Origin: Chiloscyllium plagiosum
Lineage: Eukaryota
Assembly: GCF_004010195.1 (NCBI RefSeq)
Contig: NC_057754.1
Location: 6,913,835 to 6,950,198 of the forward strand
Reading direction: 5' to 3'
DNA: 36,364 bases
Made by a program: the position numbers and the translations under genes. Positions 10,968 to 23,299 of the stretch are shown in pieces (position 1 is the first letter of the stretch; every line of letters starts with the position of its first letter). The notes beneath the pieces were generated by a model that had not been told where the DNA came from, did not search any database, and worked only from the letters and a program-made list of their open reading frames with translations.

Positions 10968-13463
10968 GAGACAGACCTGTCCCCACCAGTACTGTACCCC
11001 AGTGTTATACAGAGACAGACCTGTCCCCACCAGTACTGTACCCGTGTTACACAGTGACATATCTGTCCCCACCCGTACTGTACCCCAGTGTTATACAGTG
11101 ACAGATCTGTCCCCACCAGTACTGTACCCCAGTGTTATACAGTGACAGATCTGTCCCCACCAGTACTGTACCCGTGTTTTACAGTGACAGACCCGTCCCC
11201 ACCAGTACTGTACCCGAGTGTTATACAGTAACAGACCTGTCCCCACCAGTACTGTATCCCAGTGTTTTACAGTGTCAGACCTGTCCCCACCCGTACTATA
11301 CCCCAGTGTTATACAGCGACAGACCTGTCCCCACCCATACTGTACCCCAGTGTTATACAGCGACAGACCTGTCCCCACCTGTACTGTACCCCAGTGTTAT
11401 ACAGTGACAGACCTGTCCCCACCTGTACTGTACCAGTGTTTTACAGCGACAGACCTGTCCCCACCTGTACTGTACCCCAGTGTTATACAGTAACAGACCT
11501 GTCCCCACCACTGTACCCCAGTGTTTAACAGCGACAGACCTGTCCCCACCCGTACTGTACCCCAGTGTTATACAGTAACAGATCTGTCCCCACCCGTACT
11601 GTACCCCAGTGTTATACAGTGTCAGACCTGACCCCACCCGCCAGTGTTTTACAGTGACATACCGGCCCCCCCCCGTCCGTTCCCCAGTGTTATACAGTGA
11701 CATATCTGTCCCCACCCGTACTGTACCCCAGTGTTATACAGTGTCAGACCTGTCCCCACCCGTACTGTGCCCCAGTGTTATACAGTGACATATCTGTCCC
11801 CACCCGTACTGTACCCCAGTGTTATACAGTGACAGACCTGTCCCCACCCGTACTGTACCCCAGTGTTATACAGTGTCAGACCTGTCCCCACCCGTACTGC
11901 ACCCCGGTGTTATACAGTAACAGACCTGTCCCCACCAGTACTGTACCCCAGTGTTATACAGTGACAGACCCGTCCCCACCAGTACTGTATCCCAGTGTTT
12001 TACATTGTCAGACCTGTCCCCACCCGTACTGTACCCCAGTGTTATACAGTGACAGACCTGTCCCCACCCGTACTGTACCCTAGTGTTATACAGTGACAGA
12101 CCCGTCCCCACCAGTACTGTGCCCCAGTGTTTTACAGTGTCAGAGCTGTCCCCACCAGTACTGTGCCCCAGTGTTATACAGTGACAGACCTGTCCCCACC
12201 CGTACTGTACCCTAGTGTTATACAGTGACATATCTGTCCCCACCAGTACTGTACCCCAGTGTAATACAGAGACAGACCTGTCCCCACCAGTACTGTACCC
12301 CAGTGTTATACAGGGACAGACCTGTCCCCACCTGTACTGTACCCGAGTGTTATACAGTGACAGGCCTGTCCCCACCAGTGCTGTACCCCAGTGTTATACA
12401 GTGCCAGACCCGTCTCCACCCGTACTGTACCCCAGTGTTATACAGAGACAGACCTGTCCCCACCCGTGCTGTACCCCAGTGTTATACAGAGACAGGCCTG
12501 TCCCCACCAGTGCTGTACCCCAGTGTTATACAGTGACAGACCTGTCCCCACCCGTACTGTACCGCAGTGTTATACAGTGTCAGAGCTGTCCCCACCAGTA
12601 CTGTACCCGTGTTATACAGTAACAGACCTGTCCCCACCAGTACTGTACCCCAGTGTTATACAGTAACAGGCCTGTCCCCACCCGTACTGTACCCCAGTGT
12701 TATACAGCGACAGACCTGTCCCCACCAGTACTGTACCCGTGTTATACAGTAACAGACCTGTCCCCACCAGTACTGTATCCCAGTGTTTTAGTGTCAGAGC
12801 TGTCCCCACCAGTACTGTACCCCAGTGTTATACAGTGACAGACCTGTCCCCACCCGTACTGTACCCCAGTGTTATACGGCGACAGACCTGTCCCCGCCTG
12901 TACTGTACCCCAGTGTTATACGGCGACAGACCTGTCCCCACCAGTACTGTACCCCAGTATTATACAGAGACAGCCCTGTCCCCCACCCGTACTGTATCCC
13001 AGTGTTATACAGAGACAGCTCTGTCCCCCACCCGTACTGTATCCCAGTGTTATACAGTGACAGACCTGTCCCCCACCAGTACTGTACCCCAGTGTTACAC
13101 AGTGCGAGACCCGTCTCCACCAGTACTGTACCCCAGTGTTATACAGAGACAGGCCTGTCCCCACCAGTGCTGTACCCCAGTGTTATACAGAGACAGACCT
13201 GTCCCCACCAGTGCTGTGCCCCAGTGTTATACAGTGACAGACCCGTCCCCACCCGTACTGTACCCCAGTGTTTTCCAGAGACAGGCCTGTCCCCACCAGT
13301 ACTGTACCCCAGTGTTATACAGTGACAGGCCTGTCCCCACCCATACTGCACCCCAGTGTTATACAGTGACAGACCTGTCCCCACCCGTACTGTACCCCAG
13401 TGTTATATAGCGACAGACCTGTCCCCACCAGTGCTGTACCCCAGTGTTATACAGCGACAGACC
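10968..13463. repeat. 44-bp minisatellite array (~2.5 kb) in PYG intron 1
   Basis: Unit GACAGACCTGTCCCCACCMGTACTGTACCCCAGTGTTATACAGT, roughly 57 copies. Confidence 0.97.
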
Positions 13464-14469
13464 GGTACAAGAAATCCAGGAACAGAATGCCAGAGAATAT
13501 TTCCTGTCATTTTTCCTAGTGGTGCTTAGCATACTACATGTAGGATGAATTGCATTGAATTTATAATGTTGAGTGCAAGTTGTCCGTGGGGCTAGTGTAG
13601 TGCAGTTTATTGAGCATGGTTTCTGTGGAAACTTTCCATCTGGCCCTCACACTGTAATGCCTTGAAGCTTTACACATGATGTAATAATTCACATGCTCAG
13701 AGAGCCAAACAACTGGTGGGTTTGATGGTTTTTTGATTCGGGATACAGCACCTGTCTGGCAAGCCTCAGTGTGGATGCTGCTGATGTGTTAACGATCTGG
13801 AGGACTGAGTGCGCAGCACGGCCGAACCTCCAATAATTTCGGCCACCCCAGTGTGCTCGGCCTACAAACCAGCAAATTAGCTTTGTGGTGGAAAAGAGCA
13901 TTGCAGTTCAAATGCTCAGTCAGACAGTCATCGGGGAAAAGCACTTAGGAGGGAGACAAAAAAAAAGACTTTGGCATTTCACTGAGTAAACCTCTGAAGA
14001 TTTCAGATCCAAGCCCACGCCCGTCAGCCCAGCAATGCTGCTCTATTCCTACAGCCCAGAGAGTTTATTTCTCCCAACGGCTTGGCAATACAGAACCGGG
14101 AGTCACACTCGAAGGATTATGGGCTACACCACTTAGGACTGGGATGAAGAGAAGTCTCCTCACCCAGACAGTGGTGAGCCTGTGGGCTTGGATGGGTTTT
14201 CACAGAGGTGGGAGATGTAGGGGGAATCGGGGGATATTTCGTAGGTTGGTGGGGATGGAGATTTGGAGAGGGAGCTTGATGATCAGCAGGAGATGCTGAG
14301 CAAGCAAGTGCTGACAGGTCTTTGGTGGCCTGCGTATGCAGGGTGACCTGTATAGCACGTTTTCAGGCAACGTTTCACCAGCGCAAGGAGATATTAGAGA
14401 CAAGCAATGAAAAGTTCAAAGAAGTAGTCAATTTTAAGGGCCATCTTAAAAGACCAAACAACAGGTCAG

Positions 14470-15200
14470 CATAGAAACAGGCACCTCAGTCCACCAAGAC
14501 TGCACTAACATGATATCTTTCTAAACTAAAAATCTTTCACCTCTCCACAGCCCAGATCTCTTTATTCCCTGCCTGTTCATTTGGCTGGCAAGATATCTCC
14601 TAACCGTTGCTACTGTATCTACCCCCATCACCTCCTCTGGGTAACACATTCCAGGCACTTACCACCCTCTGTGTGTAAAAAAAAAAGAGACTTGCCCCTT
14701 TTATCTTAAAGGTAATTGACATTTCTAAGCTGGGAAAAAGACCCATTCTACCTGTGGCTCTCAATTTTGTTAACTTCTATCAGATCATCCTTAATCCTTT
14801 GACATTCAAACAAAAACAAACCAAGTTTAGCCAATATCTCCTCGTTGTTAATACCCTCCAAACCAGGCAGCTTCCTGGGAAACCATTTCTGAACCCTCTC
14901 CAAAGCCTCCACATCCTTCTACTAGTGTGGCGACCAGAACTGTACACAATATTCCAAATGTGGCCTGACCAAAGTTCTATACAGCCATAATGCAACTTGC
15001 CAATTTTTTTACACTATCCCACAACTGATGTAGGCAAGATTACTGTAAACCTTCTTGAATACCTTATCCCCTTGTGTTGTCACTTTCAGGGAACTATGGG
15101 CCTGTATGCCTAGATCCCCCTGTATGTTGACGCTAGTAAGGGTTCTGCAATTTATTACATACTTCCCTCCTGCGTTAGACCTTCCAAAATGCATCACTTG
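14470..15200 (-). mobile_element. CR1 LINE 3' fragment
   Basis: Frameshifted ORF2 C-terminal sequence (VMHFGRSN, DLGIQAHSSLKV), homologous to the other CR1 pieces in the window. Confidence 0.85.
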
Positions 15201-15558
15201 CAACAGTAAGCCCCATTTTAGAAGCAGTAGGAGGCCATTCAGCTCCTTAATGCTGTCCCGTGACAGTGTCAGATCACAGCTGATCCACAACTATTCCACT
15301 TTTCATAAAGCTTACCCAAACAATTTTATTAATGTCAGACCTTGTTTTTTATTAAATTGATCTTGCAATCTGAACAGTTTTTGGGGGGGTGGGGGCAGCA
15401 GAAGGTGGAAGACTTCCAGATTTCTACCTCACTTTGAGAGGAAGGGTTTCCTCACACCCCCCTGAACAGCCTGGTTGCCATTTTAAGGTTCTGCCACCCA
15501 CACGTACCCGGTCGCCAACCCAACCCCCCCCCACCCCGGTCCCTCACCTTGATACTAC

Positions 15559-15765
15559 CATAAGACATAGGAGCAGTAACTAGGCCATTCGGCCCATCGA
15601 GCCTGCTCCACCATCCAATCATGGCTGATAAGTTTCTCAACCCTTGACAATCAAGAACCCATCTATCTCAGTCTTAAATATCATCAATGATCTGGCCTCC
15701 ACAGCCTTCTATGACAGTGAATTCTGTAGATTCACCGCTCTCTGGCTGAAGAAGTTTCTCCTTGT
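15559..15765 (-). mobile_element. CR1 LINE extreme 3' end
   Basis: CATAAGACATAGGAGCAG...GGCCATTCGGCCCATCGAG is a typical inverted CR1 terminus. Confidence 0.75.
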
Positions 15766-17139
15766 CTGGATTGGTCCCCCTCCCCACAACAGGAAATAGT
15801 CTTTCCCCATTGATCCCATTGAATCATATCATCAGGAAGCTCTCAACTGGACAGAGACAATGAGATCTGAGTGAGAGTGAGAAGAGACTGGGTGAAACCG
15901 CATAGACGTCATCCTGAAAGAGAGAGAGATGGTCTGAGATAACCTCAGATTCCTCTCCTTCAGGGTGGTAACTGTACACTGACTTGTATCTCTCAGTCCT
16001 CTCTCTCAGGGAAATATCTGTACACTGACTCAGTCCCCTCTCATTGTGTTATCTGTGCACCAACTGGGACCACTCAGTGCACAAGGGACTGATTGGTATC
16101 TCTTTGTCCTGCCTCTTATCTGCACACAGTCTAGTATTTTTCAGGTTTGTTCTTGTTCAGGGAGACGTGCATGTACGGACTGCTCTCTCTTATAGCCTCC
16201 CCCCTCTCTCTCGGAGGTACCTGTGCACTGACTAGTATCTCTCACTGACTGAGTGTAACAGATTCTCATTGAGATCACATCCCAGATTGGTAAGGGAGGC
16301 GTAATGTGGTGCATAGTATTAAACTGGCGATTCCAAGGGCAGGAGGAAAAAGCAAGCATGCTGAAGGACTTATCACCTGCCTTGTCTTTATCAGAAATGC
16401 AGATCTGGCAACAGATCCAGAAGACACTCTCATAAGATGGAAACTCAAGGATGAGCTGCTTTTCACAAGATCGTCATGGGAAATAAAAATCTATATCTAT
16501 TATCCAACCCCCATTATTTCAGCTTACAGAAGACAAGACAATCTGTCAGCAGGCCAGTATGCTGGAGAACTGCTTGTACTTTCATGGTTTCGGCATTCCA
16601 CTCGGACAACACCCAAACCTTATGGAAGGGGGAGGTGACTACAAGGTCAGCAAGGCTAATTCAGGAGTCAAAGTGTGGCTTCATCAGTCCCAAGGAGTCC
16701 AGTCCCTTTGGAGGGTGGAAAGCAGCAACAAGCTGGGGCCTGACCCTGTCAGATCACTGTCTCAGGAATGACAGCGAGAGCACCATTTTTAACATCAGCT
16801 GCGGTCCCACCTGCATCCAGGTGAACGCCAACCATCTATCAGTTAAACAGCAAACTCAATTTATCCACAGGAAGGCCAAGCACGTTGGAGTGGGCTTTCA
16901 GATGTTGCCCTTTGGGGGGGGGGGGGGTGAATTATGCCATACCTACCCACTGTTCTGCTAAAGAAGTTACTGGAGTTCAGGATTGCCATTCCTTTGAAAG
17001 GTCAGGAGGGTCCTGGAGAGGAGGTGGAGGGAGAGTGACAGAAGAGTCTCAGCAATGAGGGACTCTAGCAACAAGGCGAGGTTGAAGAAAATGGGGTTGC
17101 TCTCCCTGGAGATGGAGGGATTCAATGATGACAAGTTTG

Positions 17140-17480
17140 GACAAGGTTGGGAGAGAAAAGTTGGTCCCATTGGCTGGTGGCACGAGGGCGCAGAGGATTA
17201 GGGTTTTGGGCAAATGAGAGGAAGAACTTTGTTTTTTTAAAAAAAACACACACACTGAGCAATAGGGAGGCAGAACTCACTGTACACGTGTAGTGAGTTC
17301 TGCCTTCTTATTGCTCAGGGACAATGAGTGATTTCAAAAGAGAATCAGAAGGGCATTGGAGGGAACTAAATTCCCCTGGCCACAGGGACAGAGCAGGTAT
17401 TTATAGCACTGACTGGATTGCTCTACAGGGACAGCATGGACTCAATGGACCAAATGGCCTCCTCCTGTACTGTAATGACG
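17140..17480 (+). mobile_element. Degenerate CR1 3' fragment containing a fold-back hairpin
   Basis: Ends ...ATGGACCAAATGGCCTCCTCCTGTACTGTAA. Inverted repeat at 17255-17318. Confidence 0.6.
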
Positions 17481-17975
17481 AGAAGGGAAGTTCTGCCATG
17501 TTTTCAGTCACCCAATATTACTGCTTGTGAGAGTTTGATGTGTGCAAATTGATTGCTATGCTTCTGACGTTACAACTTAAAAGTACTTTATTGGCTGTAA
17601 ACCACTAGGACCTGCGACAGTTATAAAAAGGTGCCACAGAATGGGAAACTGTCTTTGTTCTGACAACTGGTTCCAACACACTCGGGAAACTCCACCCAAT
17701 TATAACATTAATGCTAGCGCTGCCAGCATATTAAAGCGCTCACTGCTTTCACCAATGAAAAGGCCTGACAAACCCATGTGGGATTGACTTGCGTAGATTT
17801 GCTGCCACCAACCCTCCTTATTGGGACTGGGCTAAACTACTGGCACTGAGTGGGGAGGGATGGCCACAAAAAGTCTTCAACAGAAGAGAGGCTCAATCTT
17901 GATTAACAGTGGACAGCAGTTACATTACAACTGAGACATGATGATTGTGTTCAACTTAACAATAGGTACACACTA

Positions 17976-18102
17976 GGGAGACAGTGAGGACTGCAGATGC
18001 TGGAGATCAGAGTCGAGAGAGAGTGATGCTGGAAAAGCACAGCAGGTTCAGGCAACATCCGAGGAGCAGGAAAATCGACGTTTCAGGCCGGAGCCCTTCA
18101 AC
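17976..18102 (-). mobile_element. Short Penelope-like terminal fragment with a target-site duplication
   Basis: Flanked by AGGTACACACTA (17964-17975 and 18103-18114). Homologous to 34301-34430. The minus strand carries a partial hammerhead, ..TGAAGGGCTCCGGCCTGAAACGTC. Confidence 0.7.
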
Positions 18103-18973
18103 AGGTACACACTACTTAGCATTTAGCACTAGAACAACAGGAACATATGGGTTAGACACTAGACGCTGATGAACTCCTCCCAGGAACAATCCCTTTCATC
18201 CTGTAGGTGGGGCTTATCTCCTGATGTTGTTAATCTTTTCAGATGCCAATTGTCTCATATAACAACACTGTCCTCCACCACCTCCCACGTTACACCCTGA
18301 TCTCAATGGAACTCCACAGGTCTGTACTCTTGCCTTCCTGCAGAGTCCTCCAAGTACAGTGGCCTTAGGCGGCCACTTGTAAGAATTAATCAAAATGCAG
18401 GAGACAGCAATGGAAATACTCAAAAAGGACCTTGTTCAAGAACTGACTGGGAGAAGATATGACAAAGATGGCAACTGTACATCTTTCCTGAAGAGGCTTT
18501 GCTCTGTATGGACTTTGGAGCCACAAGGTTCACAGTTACAACTTGTTGAGAATAACCATAGCATAAGCCATGAAGGTCACCAATCCTTGGAAAGGAAGGA
18601 AGTTATTCAGTCCCTCAAGCCCAATCCACCCTTGAGTCAGATTGTGAACAATCCACATCATAACTACCTCACCCATTCCAGCTAGGGGTCAGCCTTGGGC
18701 TGGTAGCAGCCCCACTGTTACAAAGTTTAAAGGTTCAAGCCCCACACCTTGGTTAACAACAACTTGCACTCAAATCACATATGGACATTGGGAAAAAACA
18801 CAAGGTACCTTACGGCAGTGCTACCAAACTAAATTCAATCCTGAAGCCATCCAAGGAGGAGGGACAGAGTGAGTGACTGAGTGGCAGAGAAGGGCTAAGG
18901 AGGGAATTCCAGAACTTAGCACCTCAGGCACAGTCACCACCAATGATTAACATCAGAGATGGGCAAGACGCCA

Positions 18974-19046
18974 TTCATTCCTGATGAAGGGCTTTTGCCT
19001 CGAATGCTGCCTGACCTGCTGCGCTTTTCCAGCACCATTCTAATCT
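18974..19046 (+). mobile_element. 73-bp internally deleted Penelope-like fragment with an 8-bp TSD
   Basis: Flanked by AGACGCCA (18966-18973 and 19047-19054). Contains CTGATGAAGGGCTTTTGCC but has lost the GAAAC half. Confidence 0.65.
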
Positions 19047-19449
19047 AGACGCCAAACCTGGAGGAATGCAGAGACCTTGAGTACTTGAAGGGTCAGGAGA
19101 CTTTGGAAAGGAAACTGAAATCAAATGAGAATTTACAAATGTAGGAATCTGAAGACTGGGCGGTAATGCAAGTCAGTGAACACAGGTACCAATAGGAGTA
19201 GACCTTTGGTCACATCAGCAGTGTTGATGTTTGCTACTGAATTTTAGCTGTGGGAAATTCCCTCCTCCTGAAGTCTTGTAAATGATTTTTATAGATTTAC
19301 ACTGCTGACATTCCAATACACAAAGAGCAGAAAGGATTCAGGGGACAAGTTGAAAACTACTGAGGTTTCCTGCATGGTTTGAAATCCATCCACCCACACT
19401 TCTGAAGACAGATCAATAAGAAACAGGTCAGCAAAGGAGTAGTAAAGGA

Positions 19450-20505
19450 ATACAGTCATACAGCACGGAAACAGACCCTTCAGCCCAACTCATCAATACT
19501 GACCAGGTTTCCTAAAGTGAACTAGTCCCATTTGCGTGCATTTGGCCCACATATCCCTCTAAAGCTTTCCTATTCACGTACCTGTCCCAAATGGGTTTTT
19601 AAAATGTTGCAATTATACAAACCTCTCCCACTTCCTCAGGCAGATCATTTCAGATATGCACCACCCTCTGTAAAAAAAAAAAGTTACCCCAGACCCTTTC
19701 AAACCTTACCCCTCTCACCTCAAGTCTATGCCCTCCAGTTTTGGACTCCCCTACCCTGGGAAAAGACTATTCACCTCCTCTAGGTCTCTCATGAATTTAT
19801 AAACCTCTAGGAGAACACCCCTCAGCCTCTCATGCTCCAGGGAAAGTACCCGCAGCCTATCCAGCCTCTCCTTATATCTCAAACCCTCCAGTCTTGGTAA
19901 GGTCCTTGTAAATCTTTCTTTGCACCCTTTGATAACATCGGTCATATTTCTAGGATGATCAGGATTGTATGTAGTACTCCAAATGTGACCTTACCAATAT
20001 CTTGTACAGCTGCAACATGATGCCCCAACTCCTGTACACAACGATCTGATCAATGAAGGTAAGTACGCTAAACGCCTTCTTCACCACCCTGTCTACCTGT
20101 GATACCACTTTGAAGGAGTTAAGTACCTGCACCCCCTCTCTGTTCAACAACACTGCCCAGGGCTCTACTATTCACAGTGTAAGTCCTGCCCTGGTTTGCC
20201 TTGCTAAAATGCAACACCTCATATTTATCCAAGTTAAACTGCCAGTCCTCGGCCCACTGAGTTGATCAAGATCCCACTGTACTGAGAGATAACCTTCTTC
20301 ATTGTCCACTATACCAGCAATTTTGGTGTCATCATGTGCAAAGCTACTAACCATGCCTTCTATATGCTCACCCAAATTGTTGAAATAAATGACAAATACC
20401 AGTGGACCCAGCACTGAACACTGCGGCACACTACTGGTCACAAGCCTTCAGCCTGAACAACTGTCTATCACCAGCCTCTGGCTCCTACCATCAAGCCAAT
20501 TTTGT
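19450..20505 (-). mobile_element. CR1 LINE 3' ~1 kb (end of RT domain to 3' UTR), degenerate
   Basis: Minus-strand peptides VPQCSVLGPLVFVIY...FAHDDTKI, LYKILVRSHLEY and RLEGLRYKERLDRL. Confidence 0.92.
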
Positions 20506-20959
20506 AATCCAAAAATAGATTTATTCATTAAATCAAATTTAAAATCCTCCAGCTGCCAAGGTGGGATTTGAAATTAAATCTCCACAGCGTTAGTCAGGTC
20601 CTAGGTTACAATACCATTATGCTGCTGTATCATTACAAGGGCCAGACTGTGATCTTAGAGGGGTAAGGTGCATTCTTCCTATCTGTATTTAACAAGAAAG
20701 CAGATGTTAGCCAGGCCACGGAGATACAGGGGGAAGCTCAGTCAGGAAAAGGATTGGGAATTAATGTGGAGGAGCTATTGAAGAAGCTGGTGGTATTTCA
20801 AGCTGATGAAGTACCTGGAGCAGATGGATACTAAAGGAAGTGAGAGTGGCCATTGCAGGGTCATCGGCCAGAATTGTACAGTATTAGATTCAGGAGTGGT
20901 ACGACAGCATTAGAGAATTACAAACAATTACACCCCTGTTCAAGTAGGTTGAAAGGTTC

Positions 20960-21115
20960 GGCACTATCAGAAGGGCTGTCTTCTGGATGAGTTGTTAAAA
21001 CAAACCTACCGGCCTTCTCAGGTGGACGGGAAAGTTCCCCAGCTACTATTGGAAGAACTGCAGTGGTTGGGAGCTTTGTCCCCAGGATGCTGCCTAATAG
21101 CTATCCTTTAATCAT
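20960..21115 (+). mobile_element. Old SINE central-domain fragment (Deu-domain-like)
   Basis: GTCTTCTGGATGAG...TCTCAGGTGGACG..AAAG.TCCC resembles the recalled DeuSINE core. Matching tail-like sequence at ~17515-17660. Confidence 0.45.
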
Positions 21116-21129
21116 TGGGTTAAAATCTG

Positions 21130-21415
21130 AAACATCCCGCTGCCTCGAGAAAGCAACCAACATAATCAAAGACCTCTCCCGTTATACTCTCTTCTGTCCG
21201 ATAGAAGGTATACAAGTTTGAATACACGCATAAGGACAGCTTCTTCCCCACTGTTATCAGACTTTTGAACAGATCTCTCTGATGTTAAGCCTGATCTCTC
21301 TTTCTGCACCTTCTCTGCTGCTGTAACACACTGTTCTGCTACCCCTGACGCACTTCGTGTGGTATGATCTGCCTGAACAGCACGCAAAATACTTAACTGT
21401 ATCTTGGCACACAGA
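21130..21415 (+). mobile_element. Rex/Babar-type LINE 3' fragment
   Basis: AAGGACAGCTTCTTCCCCACTGTTATCAGACTTTTGAAC (KDSFFPTVIRLLN). Homologous to 22165-22502. Confidence 0.65.
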
Positions 21416-21417
21416 GG

Positions 21418-21862
21418 CATAGTCATAGAGATATACAGCATGGAAACAGACCCTTCGGTCCACCTTGTCCATGCTGACCAGCTATGTCTCTTTTATATCC
21501 TTCTTCTCTCACCCTAAACCTATGCCTCTAGTTCTGGACTCCCCCACTCCAGGGAAAAGACCTTGTCTATTTATTCCATCCGTGCGCCTCAACATTTTAT
21601 AAACCTCTGTCAGGTCACCCCTCAGCCTCCGATGCTCCAGGGAAAACAGCCCCAGCCTGTTCAGCCTCTCCCTGTAGCTTAAACCCTCCAAACTTGGCAA
21701 CATCCTTGTAAATCTTTTCTGAACCCTTTCAGGTTTCACAACATTGTTCCGATAGGAAGGAGACCAGAATTGCACGCAATATTCCAACAGTGGCCTAACC
21801 AATGTCCTGTACAGCTGCACCACGACCTCCCAACTCCTGTACTCAATACTCTGACCAATAAA
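21418..21862 (-). mobile_element. CR1 LINE 3' fragment
   Basis: ORF 21509-21904 reads LYRTLVRPLLEYCVQFWSP...YRERLNRLGLFSLEHRRLRGDL. Terminal (CATAGT)-type repeats at 21418. Confidence 0.93.
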
Positions 21863-22164
21863 GATGTGGCAACGATAAATCAAGTGTGGGTCGACCTGCA
21901 GCACATGAACTGCAACAGTTCAAGACCGTCTTCTTAACAGCAGTTAGGGACAATTTCTGACCGGCCAGGAATGCCCCCAATTGAACAAAAACAGAAGACT
22001 GCCATTTTGGACTCAGAAATAAGAGCAGGCCATTCAGCCCTATAAAGGTTCAAAAAGACCATGGCCAATCCAACTAGGGTTGAGACTTCACTTTCCTCCT
22101 GACTGTCCCCCCCATACCCTTCAATCAAACTTCGGTCTTAATTTGGCCTTGAATATATTGACCA

Positions 22165-22502
22165 CGAGAGAAGCCAATCTTCCTCCCAATTACACGGCTG
22201 TCCTCCGCAGAAAGGCTGCCAACATCATAGACCCATAGCACTGCAGTAACGATCTCCTCCAACCTCTTCTGTCAGGTAGAAGATACAGGATCCTGAACTG
22301 GCACCAGCGGGCTCAGGAACAGCTTCTTCCCGGCTGTTATTAGCACCTGATGAGTGGACCCTCCAGCCTCAATTTATGCTGATCTTACTGACGTTGTAAC
22401 CTGTATGCCTCTGCCTGAGTATTTTGATCTGCATCTGCTTCCTTACCAGGATGTGCCTAGGACCTGCTTTTCACTGTACTTGTGACAATAAAATCAATCA
22501 AT
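22165..22502 (+). mobile_element. Rex/Babar-type LINE 3' fragment, inserted in a minus-strand CR1 end (~22010-22590)
   Basis: CTCAGGAACAGCTTCTTCCCGGCTGTTATTAG (LRNSFFPAVI). Tail AATAAAATCAATCAAT. Confidence 0.62.
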
Positions 22503-22589
22503 AACACTGCCTCCACTATTTGATGGCAAAGAGAACTCCTAGACAAGCTCCAGAAAAAAAATTCCTCCTCATTCTAGTCTTAAAATGGA

Positions 22590-23105
22590 AAGTTACAAAT
22601 CGCACATCATCAGGTTGTAGTCCAACAGGTTTATTTGGAAGCACTAGCTTTCAGAGCACTGCTCCTTCATCAGGTGGCTGTGGAGTATAAGACAGTAAGA
22701 CCCAGAATTTGTAGCAAAAGTTGAGTGTGTGATGGAACTGAAATTATATATTGAAAAAGACCCTGATTGTTTATCTCATCTTTTAGAATGAGCATGTTGG
22801 TTTCAGTTCTGTCATATGCAAATCGCAGAACTTTTTTAAACTTACATTCTCTCGTGAGCTTTAACAATTGGTGTCATGTCGGCCCAGATCATGTATTGAA
22901 GGTGTGAGGTGCCCTGCGTGAGACTGTCTGTACCACAATGGTCAGACTGATTCTAATCTAAAAAACGGATTTACAGAATCTGATATGGATTCATGCAGCT
23001 TTTGAGCAAAATAAAATGTAATTCTGTCAGTAGAAATTCACCCCGCAAACTTATATGTGCGTGTGTCTGTCTGGGGTGGGGTTTAGGAGTCTGTGAGAGA
23101 GTGGG
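22590..23105 (-). mobile_element. Penelope-like element 3' fragment (non-coding)
   Basis: Reverse-complement homologue of ~31320-31755. Carries a hammerhead motif near its end. No ORF was seen, so the family is inferred. Confidence 0.68.
22642..22676 (-). ncRNA. Minimal type I hammerhead ribozyme motif
   Basis: Minus strand reads CAC CTGATGA A GGAGC AGT GCTCT GAAA GCTA GTG. Stem I is CAC/GTG, stem II is 5 bp, the core is intact, and a palindromic AGCT sits at stem III. Confidence 0.72.
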
Positions 23106-23299
23106 AGGGTAAAGGGCATGTGTAATTATTCTGAAACACTGCTTTCCCATTCTAGGCTTGGTCAGTGTTGTCCATTCGAGTTGCAGATTATCATGTCTTA
23201 TTTATTTTGGTAATTAACTTGGGAAAGGGGGGGGGGTCGCAGTTAGGGATGGATAACAAATGCTGGACTTGCGTCCAATGCCCAGTGGGACTGCACTGA

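Noticed and set aside
10968..13463. CRISPR-like or Cys/Pro-rich protein interpretation of the 44-bp array
   Set aside because: The units are contiguous with no unique spacers, there are no cas genes, and the context is eukaryotic. The ORFs just cycle through three frames.
16306..17170. ORFs of 67-161 aa and a minus-strand peptide WLAFTWMQVGPQLMLKMVLSLSFLRQ as a nested gene
   Set aside because: No recognisable family and no coherent exon chain.
22347..22375. CTGATGAG as another hammerhead core
   Set aside because: No stem II followed by GAAA. It lies in the Rex-like LINE 3' region.
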